Positions 7,811-16,240 of a DNA stretch of 24,000 nt are shown here, one piece after another. A program made the position numbers and the translations under genes. The stretch lies in NCBI GenBank assembly GCA_036489025.1, contig DASXGN010000040.1, positions 6,619 to 30,618 of the forward strand, written 5' to 3'. The notes under the pieces were generated by a model. It saw only the letters and a program-made list of their open reading frames with translations, was not told the origin of the DNA and did no database searches. The stretch's first letter is position 1; each line of letters starts with the position of its first letter. Origin of the DNA: Buttiauxella sp. (lineage in GTDB: Bacteria > Pseudomonadota > Gammaproteobacteria > Enterobacterales > Enterobacteriaceae).

Positions 7811-8851
7811 TCAGCCGCCAAAATCTTTCAGGCCGGCAATCGTTTCGCGGTTCAGACGCTGAACCAGCGCCACCAGCAGCCGCTGCGTTTGCTGCAGGTC
7901 TCGCAGATCGGCAATCGACGCCGCGCAGTGGCCGTGGCGAGTCGGCGGGCCGAGCACCACGGTCGGCACGCCGTAGCCGCTCAAATGTACGCTGCCGCCG
8001 TCCGTGCCGCCGTTGCTGAACATATCGCGCTGAAGCGGCAGGGCGTTTTCATGGGCGACCTGCTCGACAAGCTGCGTCAGACGCGGCGACGGGATCATCG
8101 TTTTGTCGTACATCACCATCATCGGTCCCTGACCGATCTGGCGATGGTTGGCGCTGCCGTAGTCGAAGTTTTTTGCCCAGCAGGCGGTGTCGAGCACCAG
8201 CGCCACGTCCGGATTGACGAGCCGGGTTGCCGTTTGCCCGCCGCGCAGGCCAACCTCTTCGCTGGAGCTGGCAACCAGCCAGACTTCGGCCTCCAGCTCC
8301 GCCTGATGAAGCTCGCGCAGTATTTCCAGCAGGTGCCAGCAGCCGAGCCGATCGTCAAAGGCTTTGCCCATCACGCGCCCGCCGGGCTGTTCGCTAAAGC
8401 GTGTGGCGAACGTCACCCGATCGCCCGGATTAATGCCGTAGTTCTGCACTTCTTCAGCGGAAACCGCGCCGATATCGACGCGCAGATTGCTGATTTCACC
8501 CTTATTGCTGTCGCCGTCCAGCAGCCCGGCGATCTTTTTACCTTCGCGGGTAGTGATGCGCACCTGCTGGAGCGTTCTGGCGGTCATGCGCACGTTGCCG
8601 ATGGGGATAACGTCAATCGCGCCTTCGCGAGCGATGCTGCGCACCATGAATCCCACTTCGTCCATATGCGCGCAGACCATGATTTTCGGCCCGCCGGAGC
8701 GGTTTAGGCGGATGAGCACCGAGCCCAGGCCGTCAAACTGCACCTCCTTGTCATAGCGGCGGGCGTGCTGTAGCAGAATATCGCGTACTTCCTGCTCCGA
8801 GGAGGCGATGGCGTCGGCTTCGCTCAGGGCTTTTAACAGGGCAATATCCAT
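7811..8851 (-). CDS. ypdE: M42-family aminopeptidase (346 aa)
   Basis: [23 protein letters not shown]...[14 protein letters not shown]...[10 protein letters not shown]...[11 protein letters not shown]... is near-colinear with E. coli YpdE. Its ATG (8851) overlaps the ypdF stop as ATGA, which suggests translational coupling. Confidence 0.93.
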   Translation of the reverse strand: MDIALLKALSEADAIASSEQEVRDILLQHARRYDKEVQFDGLGSVLIRLNRSGGPKIMVCAHMDEVGFMVRSIAREGAIDVIPIGNVRMTARTLQQVRITTREGKKIAGLLDGDSNKGEISNLRVDIGAVSAEEVQNYGINPGDRVTFATRFSEQPGGRVMGKAFDDRLGCWHLLEILRELHQAELEAEVWLVASSSEEVGLRGGQTATRLVNPDVALVLDTACWAKNFDYGSANHRQIGQGPMMVMYDKTMIPSPRLTQLVEQVAHENALPLQRDMFSNGGTDGGSVHLSGYGVPTVVLGPPTRHGHCAASIADLRDLQQTQRLLVALVQRLNRETIAGLKDFGG

Positions 8852-9936
8852 CAGGCTTCTCCGGTCAGCAGCAGCGATTTCGGCATCGAATACAGCACTT
8901 CGCAGCCGGTTTCAGTGACCAGCACCACGTCTTCAATGCGGACGCCGCCCTCGTCCGGTAGATAAATGCCGGGTTCGACGGTCAGCAGCATGCCCGGCTG
9001 GAGCAGCGTGCCGTCGGCGGGCGAAAAACGCGGATTCTCATGCACGTCGATGCCGATGGCGTGGCCGGTATTGTGGCCGAAATGGTGGCCGTGACCGGCC
9101 GCCGTAATCACGCTGCGGGCCGCGCTATCAATCTCGCTGCACGCCACCCCGGGGCGAATTGCGCTGATGGCGGCGAGCTGCGCCTCGAGCACGGTCCGAT
9201 AGATGTCGAACAGCGGGCTTTGCTGCGGGTGGGGATATCTGCCCGCCACCAAAAAGGTGCGGGTCATATCGGAACAGTAGCCCTGATGCTGAGCGCCAAA
9301 GTCCAGCGTCACCAGCTCGCCCGCCGCAATAATTTTTTCGGAGGCTTTCCCGTGCGGCAGCGCGCCGCGCACGCCGCTGGCGACAATGGTGTCAAACGAA
9401 GGCTTTTCCGCCCCCAGCAGCTTCATATACCACTCCAGCTCGGCGGCGACTTCGCGCTCGCGCATGCCGGGCTGAATAAACCGGCGGATGTGCTCGCAGG
9501 CGCGGTCGGCAATCTGGCAGGCCGCTTTAATACGTTCGATTTCGTCGGCGGTTTTAATCTGGCGCAGTTCGTCGAGGCTGACGCTTATCAGCTCGGCGAA
9601 AACATCCTTGCGCAGGCGGCTGCCGGTTTCCCAGCTGACCTGTTCGCCTTCGAAGCCGATACGCCGCAGCCCTTCTTCTTTACTCAGCCGGTTGACCGTG
9701 GCCACCGCGCCGTGGTCGGCATCAAGCAGGTGAATCTGGTAGCCGTGAACGCGGCTGGAAATATCCGCGTGATAGCGGAAATCCACCAGAATATGGGCGT
9801 GGCAGCGGGTGACCAGCACGTAGCCGGAAGCGGTAGAGATGCCGAGGTGCGGCTGTTTGTTGCTGCGTGAAGAGATCAATACCGCATCCAGATGATGCGC
9901 CTGAAGCCAGGCTTGAATCGTGGCGAGTAACGTCAT
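8851..9936 (-). CDS. ypdF: M24-family Xaa-Pro / methionine-type aminopeptidase (361 aa)
   Basis: [35 protein letters not shown]...[16 protein letters not shown]...[13 protein letters not shown]...VEPGIY...[10 protein letters not shown] is colinear with E. coli YpdF (361 aa). I chose ATG 9936 (GAGGGA upstream, matches the E. coli N-terminus) over the track's ATG 9984, which has no Shine-Dalgarno. Confidence 0.93.
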   Translation of the reverse strand: MTLLATIQAWLQAHHLDAVLISSRSNKQPHLGISTASGYVLVTRCHAHILVDFRYHADISSRVHGYQIHLLDADHGAVATVNRLSKEEGLRRIGFEGEQVSWETGSRLRKDVFAELISVSLDELRQIKTADEIERIKAACQIADRACEHIRRFIQPGMREREVAAELEWYMKLLGAEKPSFDTIVASGVRGALPHGKASEKIIAAGELVTLDFGAQHQGYCSDMTRTFLVAGRYPHPQQSPLFDIYRTVLEAQLAAISAIRPGVACSEIDSAARSVITAAGHGHHFGHNTGHAIGIDVHENPRFSPADGTLLQPGMLLTVEPGIYLPDEGGVRIEDVVLVTETGCEVLYSMPKSLLLTGEA

Positions 9937-10004
9937 AATCCCTCTGTAGATTGGCAGGTTGTTGCTATTTTCACCCTCGTCCATTTAAGGTGGAGGGCAT
10001 TTTT

Positions 10005-10037
10005 CTCATCCCCCTCCCTTCCCGGGAGGGGAATGAG
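10005..10037. other. Intercistronic GC-rich hairpin between fryC and ypdF
   Basis: CTCATCCCCCTCCC (10005-10018) pairs with GGGAGGGGAATGAG (10024-10037) in 13 of 14 positions, with a 5-nt loop. It sits within the operon, so it is more likely an mRNA processing/stability or REP-like element than a terminator. Confidence 0.45.
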
Positions 10038-10045
10038 GGACTGTT

Positions 10046-11296
10046 CTAAATGGCGTCAATCATCAGCTTGCCGCGGCGGTGCATGCTGTTGCGGATAAAC
10101 ACCACCAGCAGCGCGGTGACGATAGCGCCGACGGCGATCCCCGCCATGTAGCCGCCCAGGTTAGTCACCAGCGGCCATGCCCAGATGGCTGATTCCGGGA
10201 ACCACTGCACCGCGCCCAGCGCAACCGCCGTGCTGGAGCCGACGATCGCGCCCACCATATAGGCCGGGAGCGTGGCGAGCGGGTTTTCCAGCAGGAACGG
10301 AATCGCCCCTTCGCTGATGCCCATAAAGGCGAGGAACATCGCGGTTTTGCCCTGCGGATAAAGCTGGCTGCTGAACAGGCGCTTGCCGGTCAGGCGGCGG
10401 TCGATAATCGTGGCTAAACCGAGGCCAATCGGCGGTACTACGATAGCCACGGCGCGCGAGGTAATCGGCAGCACATGATCGGTGGTAAAGCCCAGCGCGA
10501 CGAAGCCCGCCGCTTTGTTGATTGGGCCGCCGAGGTCAATGGCCGTCGCGGCGGACAGGCCGATGGCGTACATCATCGACCCGGCGCTGCCGGCGGCGAG
10601 CAGAACGTTGCGCATCCCGGCGTTAATCCAGCCGCCGATGGGCGTAATGACGTAGTACATCGCCAGCATGACAAACAGCGCGGAGAGAATCGGGATCAGG
10701 AAGGTGCTTTTAAACGCCAGCAGGTACTGCGGCAGGTTGATTCTGCCGTTCAGCCATTTCACCAGGTAGCCCGCGGCGATCGCGATAATCAGCGCGCCGA
10801 TAAAGGTCGACGGCACAGGTTTGCTGGCGACCCATTGCAGCGTCGTGGCGTCCAGGCTTAGCAGCAGCGTAGGCTGCGTGGAAACCAGGCCGCCGATAAA
10901 GCCCGCCGGGAAGGCCAGCTTGCCGCCGATGGAGTTGGCGACGAACGCCGCGAACATCGGAATGGCAAAGCTAAACAGCAGGCCGCCGAAAGATTCGCTC
11001 AAATAGGCGAACTTCAGAACCGACAGGTCCGCACCGGTAAATTTGCCGGAGTTCATGGCGTCCAGAATGCCGGTGTCCGGTGGGATTTCGAGCCAGACGT
11101 AGGCGATCAGCTGCGAGATGGCGAGGATCACCCCGCCCATAATCAGCGTCGGCACCATGCGAGAAATGCCGGACATCACGTGCTGCGGCAGTTCGCCCCA
11201 GAAGGAAGAACGGCTTGCCGGAGCAGGATTTTTTAGCGCCAGCGTGTCGCCGGACGCAGTGGGCGCGGTGATTGCGCTCCGTTTTTTAATCGCCAT
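10046..11296 (-). CDS. fryC: PTS fructose-family EIIC permease component (416 aa)
   Basis: MAIKKRSA...SSFWGELPQHVMSGISRMVPTLIMGGVILA...GGPINKAAGFVA...GISEGAIPF... is near-identical in layout to E. coli FryC (415 aa). Confidence 0.93.
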   Translation of the reverse strand: MAIKKRSAITAPTASGDTLALKNPAPASRSSFWGELPQHVMSGISRMVPTLIMGGVILAISQLIAYVWLEIPPDTGILDAMNSGKFTGADLSVLKFAYLSESFGGLLFSFAIPMFAAFVANSIGGKLAFPAGFIGGLVSTQPTLLLSLDATTLQWVASKPVPSTFIGALIIAIAAGYLVKWLNGRINLPQYLLAFKSTFLIPILSALFVMLAMYYVITPIGGWINAGMRNVLLAAGSAGSMMYAIGLSAATAIDLGGPINKAAGFVALGFTTDHVLPITSRAVAIVVPPIGLGLATIIDRRLTGKRLFSSQLYPQGKTAMFLAFMGISEGAIPFLLENPLATLPAYMVGAIVGSSTAVALGAVQWFPESAIWAWPLVTNLGGYMAGIAVGAIVTALLVVFIRNSMHRRGKLMIDAI

Positions 11297-11387
11297 CTCA
11301 TGACCTCGTCAAAAATGTTCCACACCAGAGAAAGGGGCTTGCGGGGGAGAACCACCGGCCAGAAGCCCGTCAGGTCTGCAAAAAGAG

Positions 11388-11714
11388 CTATTGCCGTTCG
11401 GCCGCGATCATTTCTTCGATGTCATGCAGCGTCCCGGCGGCGTTTTTAATCGCGTCCTGGAGCGTGATTTCGTACACGTCGCGGCTTTCAAAGCGTTCGT
11501 TGTCTTCCGGGGTAATGGCGATGGCGTGAATGATGATGTCCGCCTGTGCAATATCCTGAGCGGTGAGGCGATTCTGAATGCCGTCCGCGCCCTGCGTTTC
11601 AACTTTCACTTCATACCCCGCTTCCGTGGCGGCGTCTTCCAGCGCCTGGGCCGCCATAAACGTGTGGGCCAGCCCCATCGGGCAGGCGCAAAGCGCGATC
11701 AGTTTCTTAGCCAT
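11388..11714 (-). CDS. fryB: PTS fructose-family EIIB component (108 aa)
   Basis: MAKKLIALCACPMGLAHTFMAAQALE.. carries the EIIB (fructose/mannitol type) phospho-Cys loop CPMGLAHT. Same length as E. coli FryB (108 aa). GGAGG lies before the ATG at 11714. First gene of the fryB-fryC-ypdF-ypdE-fryA operon. Confidence 0.93.
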   Translation of the reverse strand: MAKKLIALCACPMGLAHTFMAAQALEDAATEAGYEVKVETQGADGIQNRLTAQDIAQADIIIHAIAITPEDNERFESRDVYEITLQDAIKNAAGTLHDIEEMIAAERQ

Positions 11715-12041
11715 CGTAACCTCCTGAAAAAATGATGTGCCCGGATTATGACGGTATAAATTTCCTTCTGTTTACCGGATATATGATGCATTTTCTTGAT
11801 GATTAATTCCTTTGCTGGGAAGTGTGAGCCACGCACGATTCTGCCGCCGCCCGGCGGGTTCATTTCGCGTAGCGCGTCCGGAAAAAAACGCAGTAAAAAA
11901 ACGAGATACGTGCAGTAAGTCCAGATTTTGCACAAAGATTAGGCGGCTAACTTGCCGCTGGGTCAGGTTGTTAACTAGGTTTTTTTAGGGCGTGCTCACT
12001 TTTACGCCACCTCCGGTTACGACTGCATATAAGAGGAAAAA

Positions 12042-13307
12042 ATGAAAAAGCTGACGTTAAGTCTTATTACCTTAGCGCTTGCGGGCATGAGCCAGGCCGC
12101 GCTTGCCGATACCCTGCGTATGGAATGCCCTATCTCGCCTGGCGGTAAGGAATACTGCAACTACGTCAAAGACCGTTTTGAAAAGCAGACCGGCGACAAG
12201 CTGGAGTTCATCGAATTCCCCGCGGCCTCCGATGAGAAGCTCGCGCTCTTGCAGCAGCTTTTTGCCGCCAAAGACGAGAAGGCCGTAGATTTATTCCAGT
12301 CTGACACCATCTGGGTCGGCCTGCTGGACAAGCAAACGCTGGATTTAACCGATGCGGTTGCCGACATGAAGGGCGATTTCTTCCCCGGCCCGTGGGCAAA
12401 CGACACGGTCAACGGCAAGGTGAAAGCTATCCCGGCCTATCTGGATACCGGCGTGCTTTACTACCGCAAAGACCTGCTCGAGAAATATCACGAACAGCCG
12501 CCAAAAACCTGGGCTGACCTGACGCGTATCGCCACCAAAATTCAGGCTGAAGAGCGCCAGGCCGGGCATAAAAACTTCTGGGGAATGATCTTCCAGGGTA
12601 AATCGTACGAGGGACTGACCTGCAACGCGCTGGAGTGGGTGGATTCTTACGGCGGCGGCACCTTTATCGACGAAAAAGGGAACGTGACCATTAATAATCC
12701 GCAGGCCGCGGCGGCGCTGGATATGGCCGCGGGCTGGATTGGCAAAATTACGCCGAAAGGCGCTCTGGGCTACAAAGAGGAAGAGTCCCGCGCCGTGTTC
12801 CAGAACGGCGACGCGCTGTTTATGCGCAACTGGCCTTACGCCTATCTACTTTCCCAGGGCGCGGACAGCCCGCTGAAGGGCAAGGTTGGCGTGGCTCCGC
12901 TGCCCGCCGGGCCGAACGGCAAATCGGCTAACGCCCTCGGCGGCTGGCAGTGGTCGATTAACGGCAATACCAAAAACAAAGATTCGGCTATCGCGCTGCT
13001 GAAAATCCTCACCGATGCCGATTCGCAAAAAATGCAGCTGAAGTTTCTCGGCTTCGCCCCAACCCGTGCTGCGCTGTACGAAGACAAAGCCGTGCTGGAA
13101 ACTGCGCCGCACCTGACGATGTTTAAAGAGATCTTCGCCAACGCGGTGCCTCGCCCGGCGACGGCGACCAAAAGTCAGTATCCCCGCGTCTCTAACGCCA
13201 TCTTCAACGTCACCTTTAAGGTGCTCAACGGCGCAGGCGACGGCAAAGCTGCCGTGGCGGATCTGCAAAAACGCCTTGAGCGCGTGAAGGGTAAGGACTG
13301 GCACTAA
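12042..13307 (+). CDS. Periplasmic sugar-binding protein of an ABC importer (family-1 solute-binding protein, 421 aa)
   Basis: Sec signal peptide MKKLTLSLITLALAGMSQAALA/DT. The mature protein has the general look of oligosaccharide/alpha-glucoside (trehalose-maltose-palatinose type) binding proteins. AGAGGA lies before the ATG. It is followed by cognate permeases and an ATPase. Confidence 0.88.
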   Translation: MKKLTLSLITLALAGMSQAALADTLRMECPISPGGKEYCNYVKDRFEKQTGDKLEFIEFPAASDEKLALLQQLFAAKDEKAVDLFQSDTIWVGLLDKQTLDLTDAVADMKGDFFPGPWANDTVNGKVKAIPAYLDTGVLYYRKDLLEKYHEQPPKTWADLTRIATKIQAEERQAGHKNFWGMIFQGKSYEGLTCNALEWVDSYGGGTFIDEKGNVTINNPQAAAALDMAAGWIGKITPKGALGYKEEESRAVFQNGDALFMRNWPYAYLLSQGADSPLKGKVGVAPLPAGPNGKSANALGGWQWSINGNTKNKDSAIALLKILTDADSQKMQLKFLGFAPTRAALYEDKAVLETAPHLTMFKEIFANAVPRPATATKSQYPRVSNAIFNVTFKVLNGAGDGKAAVADLQKRLERVKGKDWH

Positions 13308-14225
13308 TTGGCGCATCTCGGCTACCAACGGCGGCGTCGCCGTATCGCGTGGATACTGGTGGCGCCCGCGCTCATACTCCTTGCACTGGCGGCGGGCTGG
13401 CCGCTGGTGCGCACCTTTTTCTTCAGTTTCACCAACGCGACGCTCGACAACCCGTCCGGGTATCAAATGGTCGGGCTGGCAAACTATTACGCGACCAACG
13501 GCGGCGACAGTATTGGGGTACTGGTTGACCCGCTGTGGTGGCAGGCGGTGGGCAATACGCTGTGGTTCACCGTGATTTCGGTCGGCCTGGAGCTGGTGCT
13601 TGGCATGCTGCTGGCGCTGCTGATGAACCAGAAGTTTCGCGGGCAGGGTCTGGTGCGTACCGCCATTCTGGTGCCGTGGGCGATTCCGACCATCGTCAGC
13701 GCCAAAATGTGGGGCTGGATGTTCCACGATCAGTACGGCGTGGTGAACGATCTGCTGGCGAAGATTTTTGGCTATCAGGCGCACCTGGCGTGGATCGCCG
13801 AGCCGTCGCTTTCCATGTGGGCGGTGGTCATTGCCGACGTCTGGAAAACCACGCCGTTTATGGCGTTGATGCTGCTGGCGGCGCTCCAGCTTATTCCTGA
13901 CGATCTTTATGAGGCGGCGCGGGTGGACGGAGCCAGCCCGTGGCAGCGATTTAAACGCATTACGCTGCCGCTGATTATGCCCGCGACGATCGTCGCGCTG
14001 ATTTTCCGCGTGATGGACGCGATGCGCATTTTCGATCTGATCTTCGTGCTGACGTCCAACAGCGAGGCGACGATGTCCGTTTCCGGCTATGCGCGGGAGC
14101 AGATTATCTCCTATCAGGATATGGGCATGGGATCGGCGGCCTCGGTGCTGGTGTTTATGATGGTGGCGGGCATTGCCGCCTGCTTTATCCGCGTCTCACG
14201 GCTCAACGACAAGGAGAAGCGGTAA
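13308..14225 (+). CDS. Sugar ABC transporter permease 1 (MalF/UgpA-like, 305 aa)
   Basis: Six-helix permease carrying the EAA loop (..LYEAARVDGASPWQRFKRITLPL..). There is no in-frame ATG near the 5' end. The start is probably TTG 13308, immediately after the binding-protein stop, with AAGGA 10 nt upstream. The start codon is the uncertain part. Confidence 0.85.
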   Translation: MAHLGYQRRRRRIAWILVAPALILLALAAGWPLVRTFFFSFTNATLDNPSGYQMVGLANYYATNGGDSIGVLVDPLWWQAVGNTLWFTVISVGLELVLGMLLALLMNQKFRGQGLVRTAILVPWAIPTIVSAKMWGWMFHDQYGVVNDLLAKIFGYQAHLAWIAEPSLSMWAVVIADVWKTTPFMALMLLAALQLIPDDLYEAARVDGASPWQRFKRITLPLIMPATIVALIFRVMDAMRIFDLIFVLTSNSEATMSVSGYAREQIISYQDMGMGSAASVLVFMMVAGIAACFIRVSRLNDKEKR

Positions 14226-15070
14226 TGAAAATGACCCGCCGGCAGCGTAAAGCTGGCCATAGCCTGGTGATTTATTTTGGCGCGACGTTCGCCGTGCTGT
14301 TCTGCGTATTCCCGTTTTACTACGCGATTTTGACTTCCCTGCGCACCGGGCAGGAGCTGTTTCTTCCGGCCTATTTGCCCAGCGGCTACCACTGGCATAA
14401 CTACGTGGTGGCGCTGGTGGATAACGGTATCGCGCGCAGCCTGCTCAACTCGGTGCTGGTGGCGACGATAACCGTCGGCATTTGCCTGCTGGTTTCCGTC
14501 ACCGCCTCTTTTGCCCTGGCACGCGTGCCGTTTCGCGGGCGCAAATTTCTGCTGTTCACCATTCTTTGCGTCTCGATGTTCCCGCAGGTGGCGGTGCTGA
14601 CCGGCATGTTTGAGCTGGTACGGTTTCTTGGTCTTTACGATTCGCTCGGCGCTTTGGTGCTTTCCTACACCACTTTTTCGCTGCCGTTTACCGTCTGGGT
14701 GTTCACCACCTTTATGAAGTCGATTCCGGTTGAGCTGGAGGAGGCGGCCATCGTTGACGGGGCGAGCACCTGGACCATTATCCGCCGCGTGTTCGCGCCT
14801 ATTCTTGCCCCAGCGCTGGTGACTACCGGGCTGCTGGCCTTTATCGGCGCGTGGAACGAATTCATGTTCGCGCTGACGTTTATTATCTCCGGCGACAGGC
14901 GCACCGTGCCCGTCGCCATCAGCATGTTTAGCGGCGCATCGACCTTCGAGCTGCCGTGGGGCAGCATTATGGCGGCGTCGGTGGTGGTGACGCTGCCGAT
15001 TATCGTGCTGGTGCTTATCTTCCAGAAACGTATTGTCAGCGGGCTGACCAGCGGAGCGATTAAGGGATAA
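14225..15070 (+). CDS. Sugar ABC transporter permease 2 (MalG/UgpE-like, 281 aa)
   Basis: EAA loop ..ELEEAAIVDGASTWTIIRRVFAPIL.. The ATG overlaps the upstream stop (TAATG), which suggests translational coupling. Confidence 0.9.
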   Translation: MKMTRRQRKAGHSLVIYFGATFAVLFCVFPFYYAILTSLRTGQELFLPAYLPSGYHWHNYVVALVDNGIARSLLNSVLVATITVGICLLVSVTASFALARVPFRGRKFLLFTILCVSMFPQVAVLTGMFELVRFLGLYDSLGALVLSYTTFSLPFTVWVFTTFMKSIPVELEEAAIVDGASTWTIIRRVFAPILAPALVTTGLLAFIGAWNEFMFALTFIISGDRRTVPVAISMFSGASTFELPWGSIMAASVVVTLPIIVLVLIFQKRIVSGLTSGAIKG

Positions 15071-15072
15071 CC

Positions 15073-16170
15073 ATGGCGCAACTTGTCCTCGATAAGATTC
15101 AGAAACGCTACGGCACCTCGTCCGAAGTGATTAAGCCGCTCGATTTAGAAGTGAACAGCGGCGAGTTTGTGGTGGTGGTCGGGCCGTCTGGCTGCGGCAA
15201 GTCCACGCTGCTGCGCATGGTGGCGGGCCTCGAGGAAATCAGCGGCGGCGAGATGCGTATTGACGGCGTCTGCGTCAATGATGATTCACCGGCGGAGCGC
15301 GGCATCGGCATGGTTTTCCAGTCCTACGCTTTGTACCCGCATATGACGGTTTACCAGAACATGGCCTTTGCGCTGGAGATGGCGAAGCTGCCGGAAAAAG
15401 CCATCGACGAGAAGGTGCGCGACAGCGCGCGCATTTTACAACTGGAGCATCTGCTGGACAGGCGGCCAAAAGATCTTTCCGGCGGCCAGCGGCAGCGCGT
15501 GGCTATTGGACGGGCGATTGTGCGCGAGCCGAGCCTGTTTCTGTTCGATGAACCCCTTTCCAACCTTGATGCTTCCCTGCGCGTGCAGATGCGCATGGAA
15601 ATTGCCGCGCTGCATAAACGCATTCACGCCACGATTTTGTACGTCACCCACGATCAGGTCGAAGCGATGACGCTGGCCGACAGAATCGTGGTGCTTAATC
15701 AGGGGCAAATTGAGCAGGTCGGCACGCCGCTGGAGCTTTATGACAGCCCGGCTAACGAGTTCGTCGCGCAGTTTATCGGCTCGCCAAAAATGAATCTGAT
15801 CCCCGGCGTTTTGACGTACGGCAGCGCTCTGCGCACCGACGTGCTGCTGGAAAACCGCCAGCAAATGACCCTGCCGGTTAACGGCGCTGGCGTGCCGGAA
15901 GGGCAGGCTGTGCGGCTGGGCATTCGCCCGGAGCATATTCAGATTACCGAGCTGGCGCAGGCGGATATTGAAGGCGAAGTGCTGTTCGTCGAACAGATGG
16001 GCAACGAAACGCTGCTTTACGTCAACGGCGGCTACGGTAGCGAACCCCTCGTGATGCGCCATACTTCAAGACTTGAAATCAAACCCGACCGGCGAATTGG
16101 CCTGCGGCTGCCGCCGGAGAAATGCTATTTATTCAACGGCGACGGGCGGGCTTTTGTGCGTTTAGTTTGA
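15073..16170 (+). CDS. Sugar ABC transporter ATP-binding protein (MalK/UgpC-like, 365 aa)
   Basis: Walker A GPSGCGKST, signature LSGGQRQRVAIGRA, Walker B LFLFDEPLSNLD, H-loop YVTHDQ, plus a C-terminal MalK-type regulatory/TOBE-like extension. Confidence 0.93.
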   Translation: MAQLVLDKIQKRYGTSSEVIKPLDLEVNSGEFVVVVGPSGCGKSTLLRMVAGLEEISGGEMRIDGVCVNDDSPAERGIGMVFQSYALYPHMTVYQNMAFALEMAKLPEKAIDEKVRDSARILQLEHLLDRRPKDLSGGQRQRVAIGRAIVREPSLFLFDEPLSNLDASLRVQMRMEIAALHKRIHATILYVTHDQVEAMTLADRIVVLNQGQIEQVGTPLELYDSPANEFVAQFIGSPKMNLIPGVLTYGSALRTDVLLENRQQMTLPVNGAGVPEGQAVRLGIRPEHIQITELAQADIEGEVLFVEQMGNETLLYVNGGYGSEPLVMRHTSRLEIKPDRRIGLRLPPEKCYLFNGDGRAFVRLV

Positions 16171-16173
16171 ACG

Positions 16174-16220
16174 TTTCCCCTCGGCTTCTCGCCTCAGGGG
16201 AGAGGACCGGGGTGAGGGGC
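16174..16220. repeat. GC-rich imperfect palindromic (REP-like) intergenic element
   Basis: TTTCCCCTCGGCTTCTCGCCTCAGGGGAGAGGACCGGGGTGAGGGGC. The GGGGAGAGG...GGGGTGAGGGG motif resembles a short dispersed intergenic repeat I have seen in Klebsiella/Enterobacter/Salmonella-type genomes. CCCCTC (16177-16182) can pair with GAGGGG (16214-16219). Confidence 0.4.
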
Positions 16221-16240
16221 CAATACATAGGGGGAACCTG

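Noticed and set aside
7790-8707. 305-aa plus-strand ORF antisense to ypdE. Similar long antisense ORFs occur at 9040-9870 (+), 12846-13784 (-), 15436-16062 (-), 16133-16726 (-), 16733-17668 (-), 17848-18696 (-), 19030-19587 (-) and 20809-21396 (-).
   Set aside because: Each lies entirely opposite a gene with strong, recognisable homology. Their translations are Arg/Ala/Gly/His-rich and low in complexity, with no motifs. Several run across gene boundaries. This is the expected shadow-ORF effect of high GC3 coding DNA.
9937-9984. Longer ypdF start (ATG 9984, adding [16 protein letters not shown]).
   Set aside because: It has no Shine-Dalgarno. ATG 9936 has GAGGGA upstream and gives the same N-terminus (MTLLA..) and the same length (361 aa) as E. 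coli YpdF.
11820-11840. TGTGA..TCACA-like sequence (AGTGTGAGCCACGCACGA) considered as a CRP site. I also considered GGGCAC-N5-TTTTT near 11730-11745 as a sigma54 promoter for fryB.
   Set aside because: In both cases only one half-site matches. The CRP candidate has at most 1 of 5 matches in its second half, and the sigma54 candidate lacks the -12 GC element.
11699-11935. 78-aa minus-strand ORF upstream of and overlapping the fryB start.
   Set aside because: It has no ribosome-binding site and an odd composition. It overlaps the fryB Shine-Dalgarno and start out of frame. It is most likely non-coding promoter/leader DNA.
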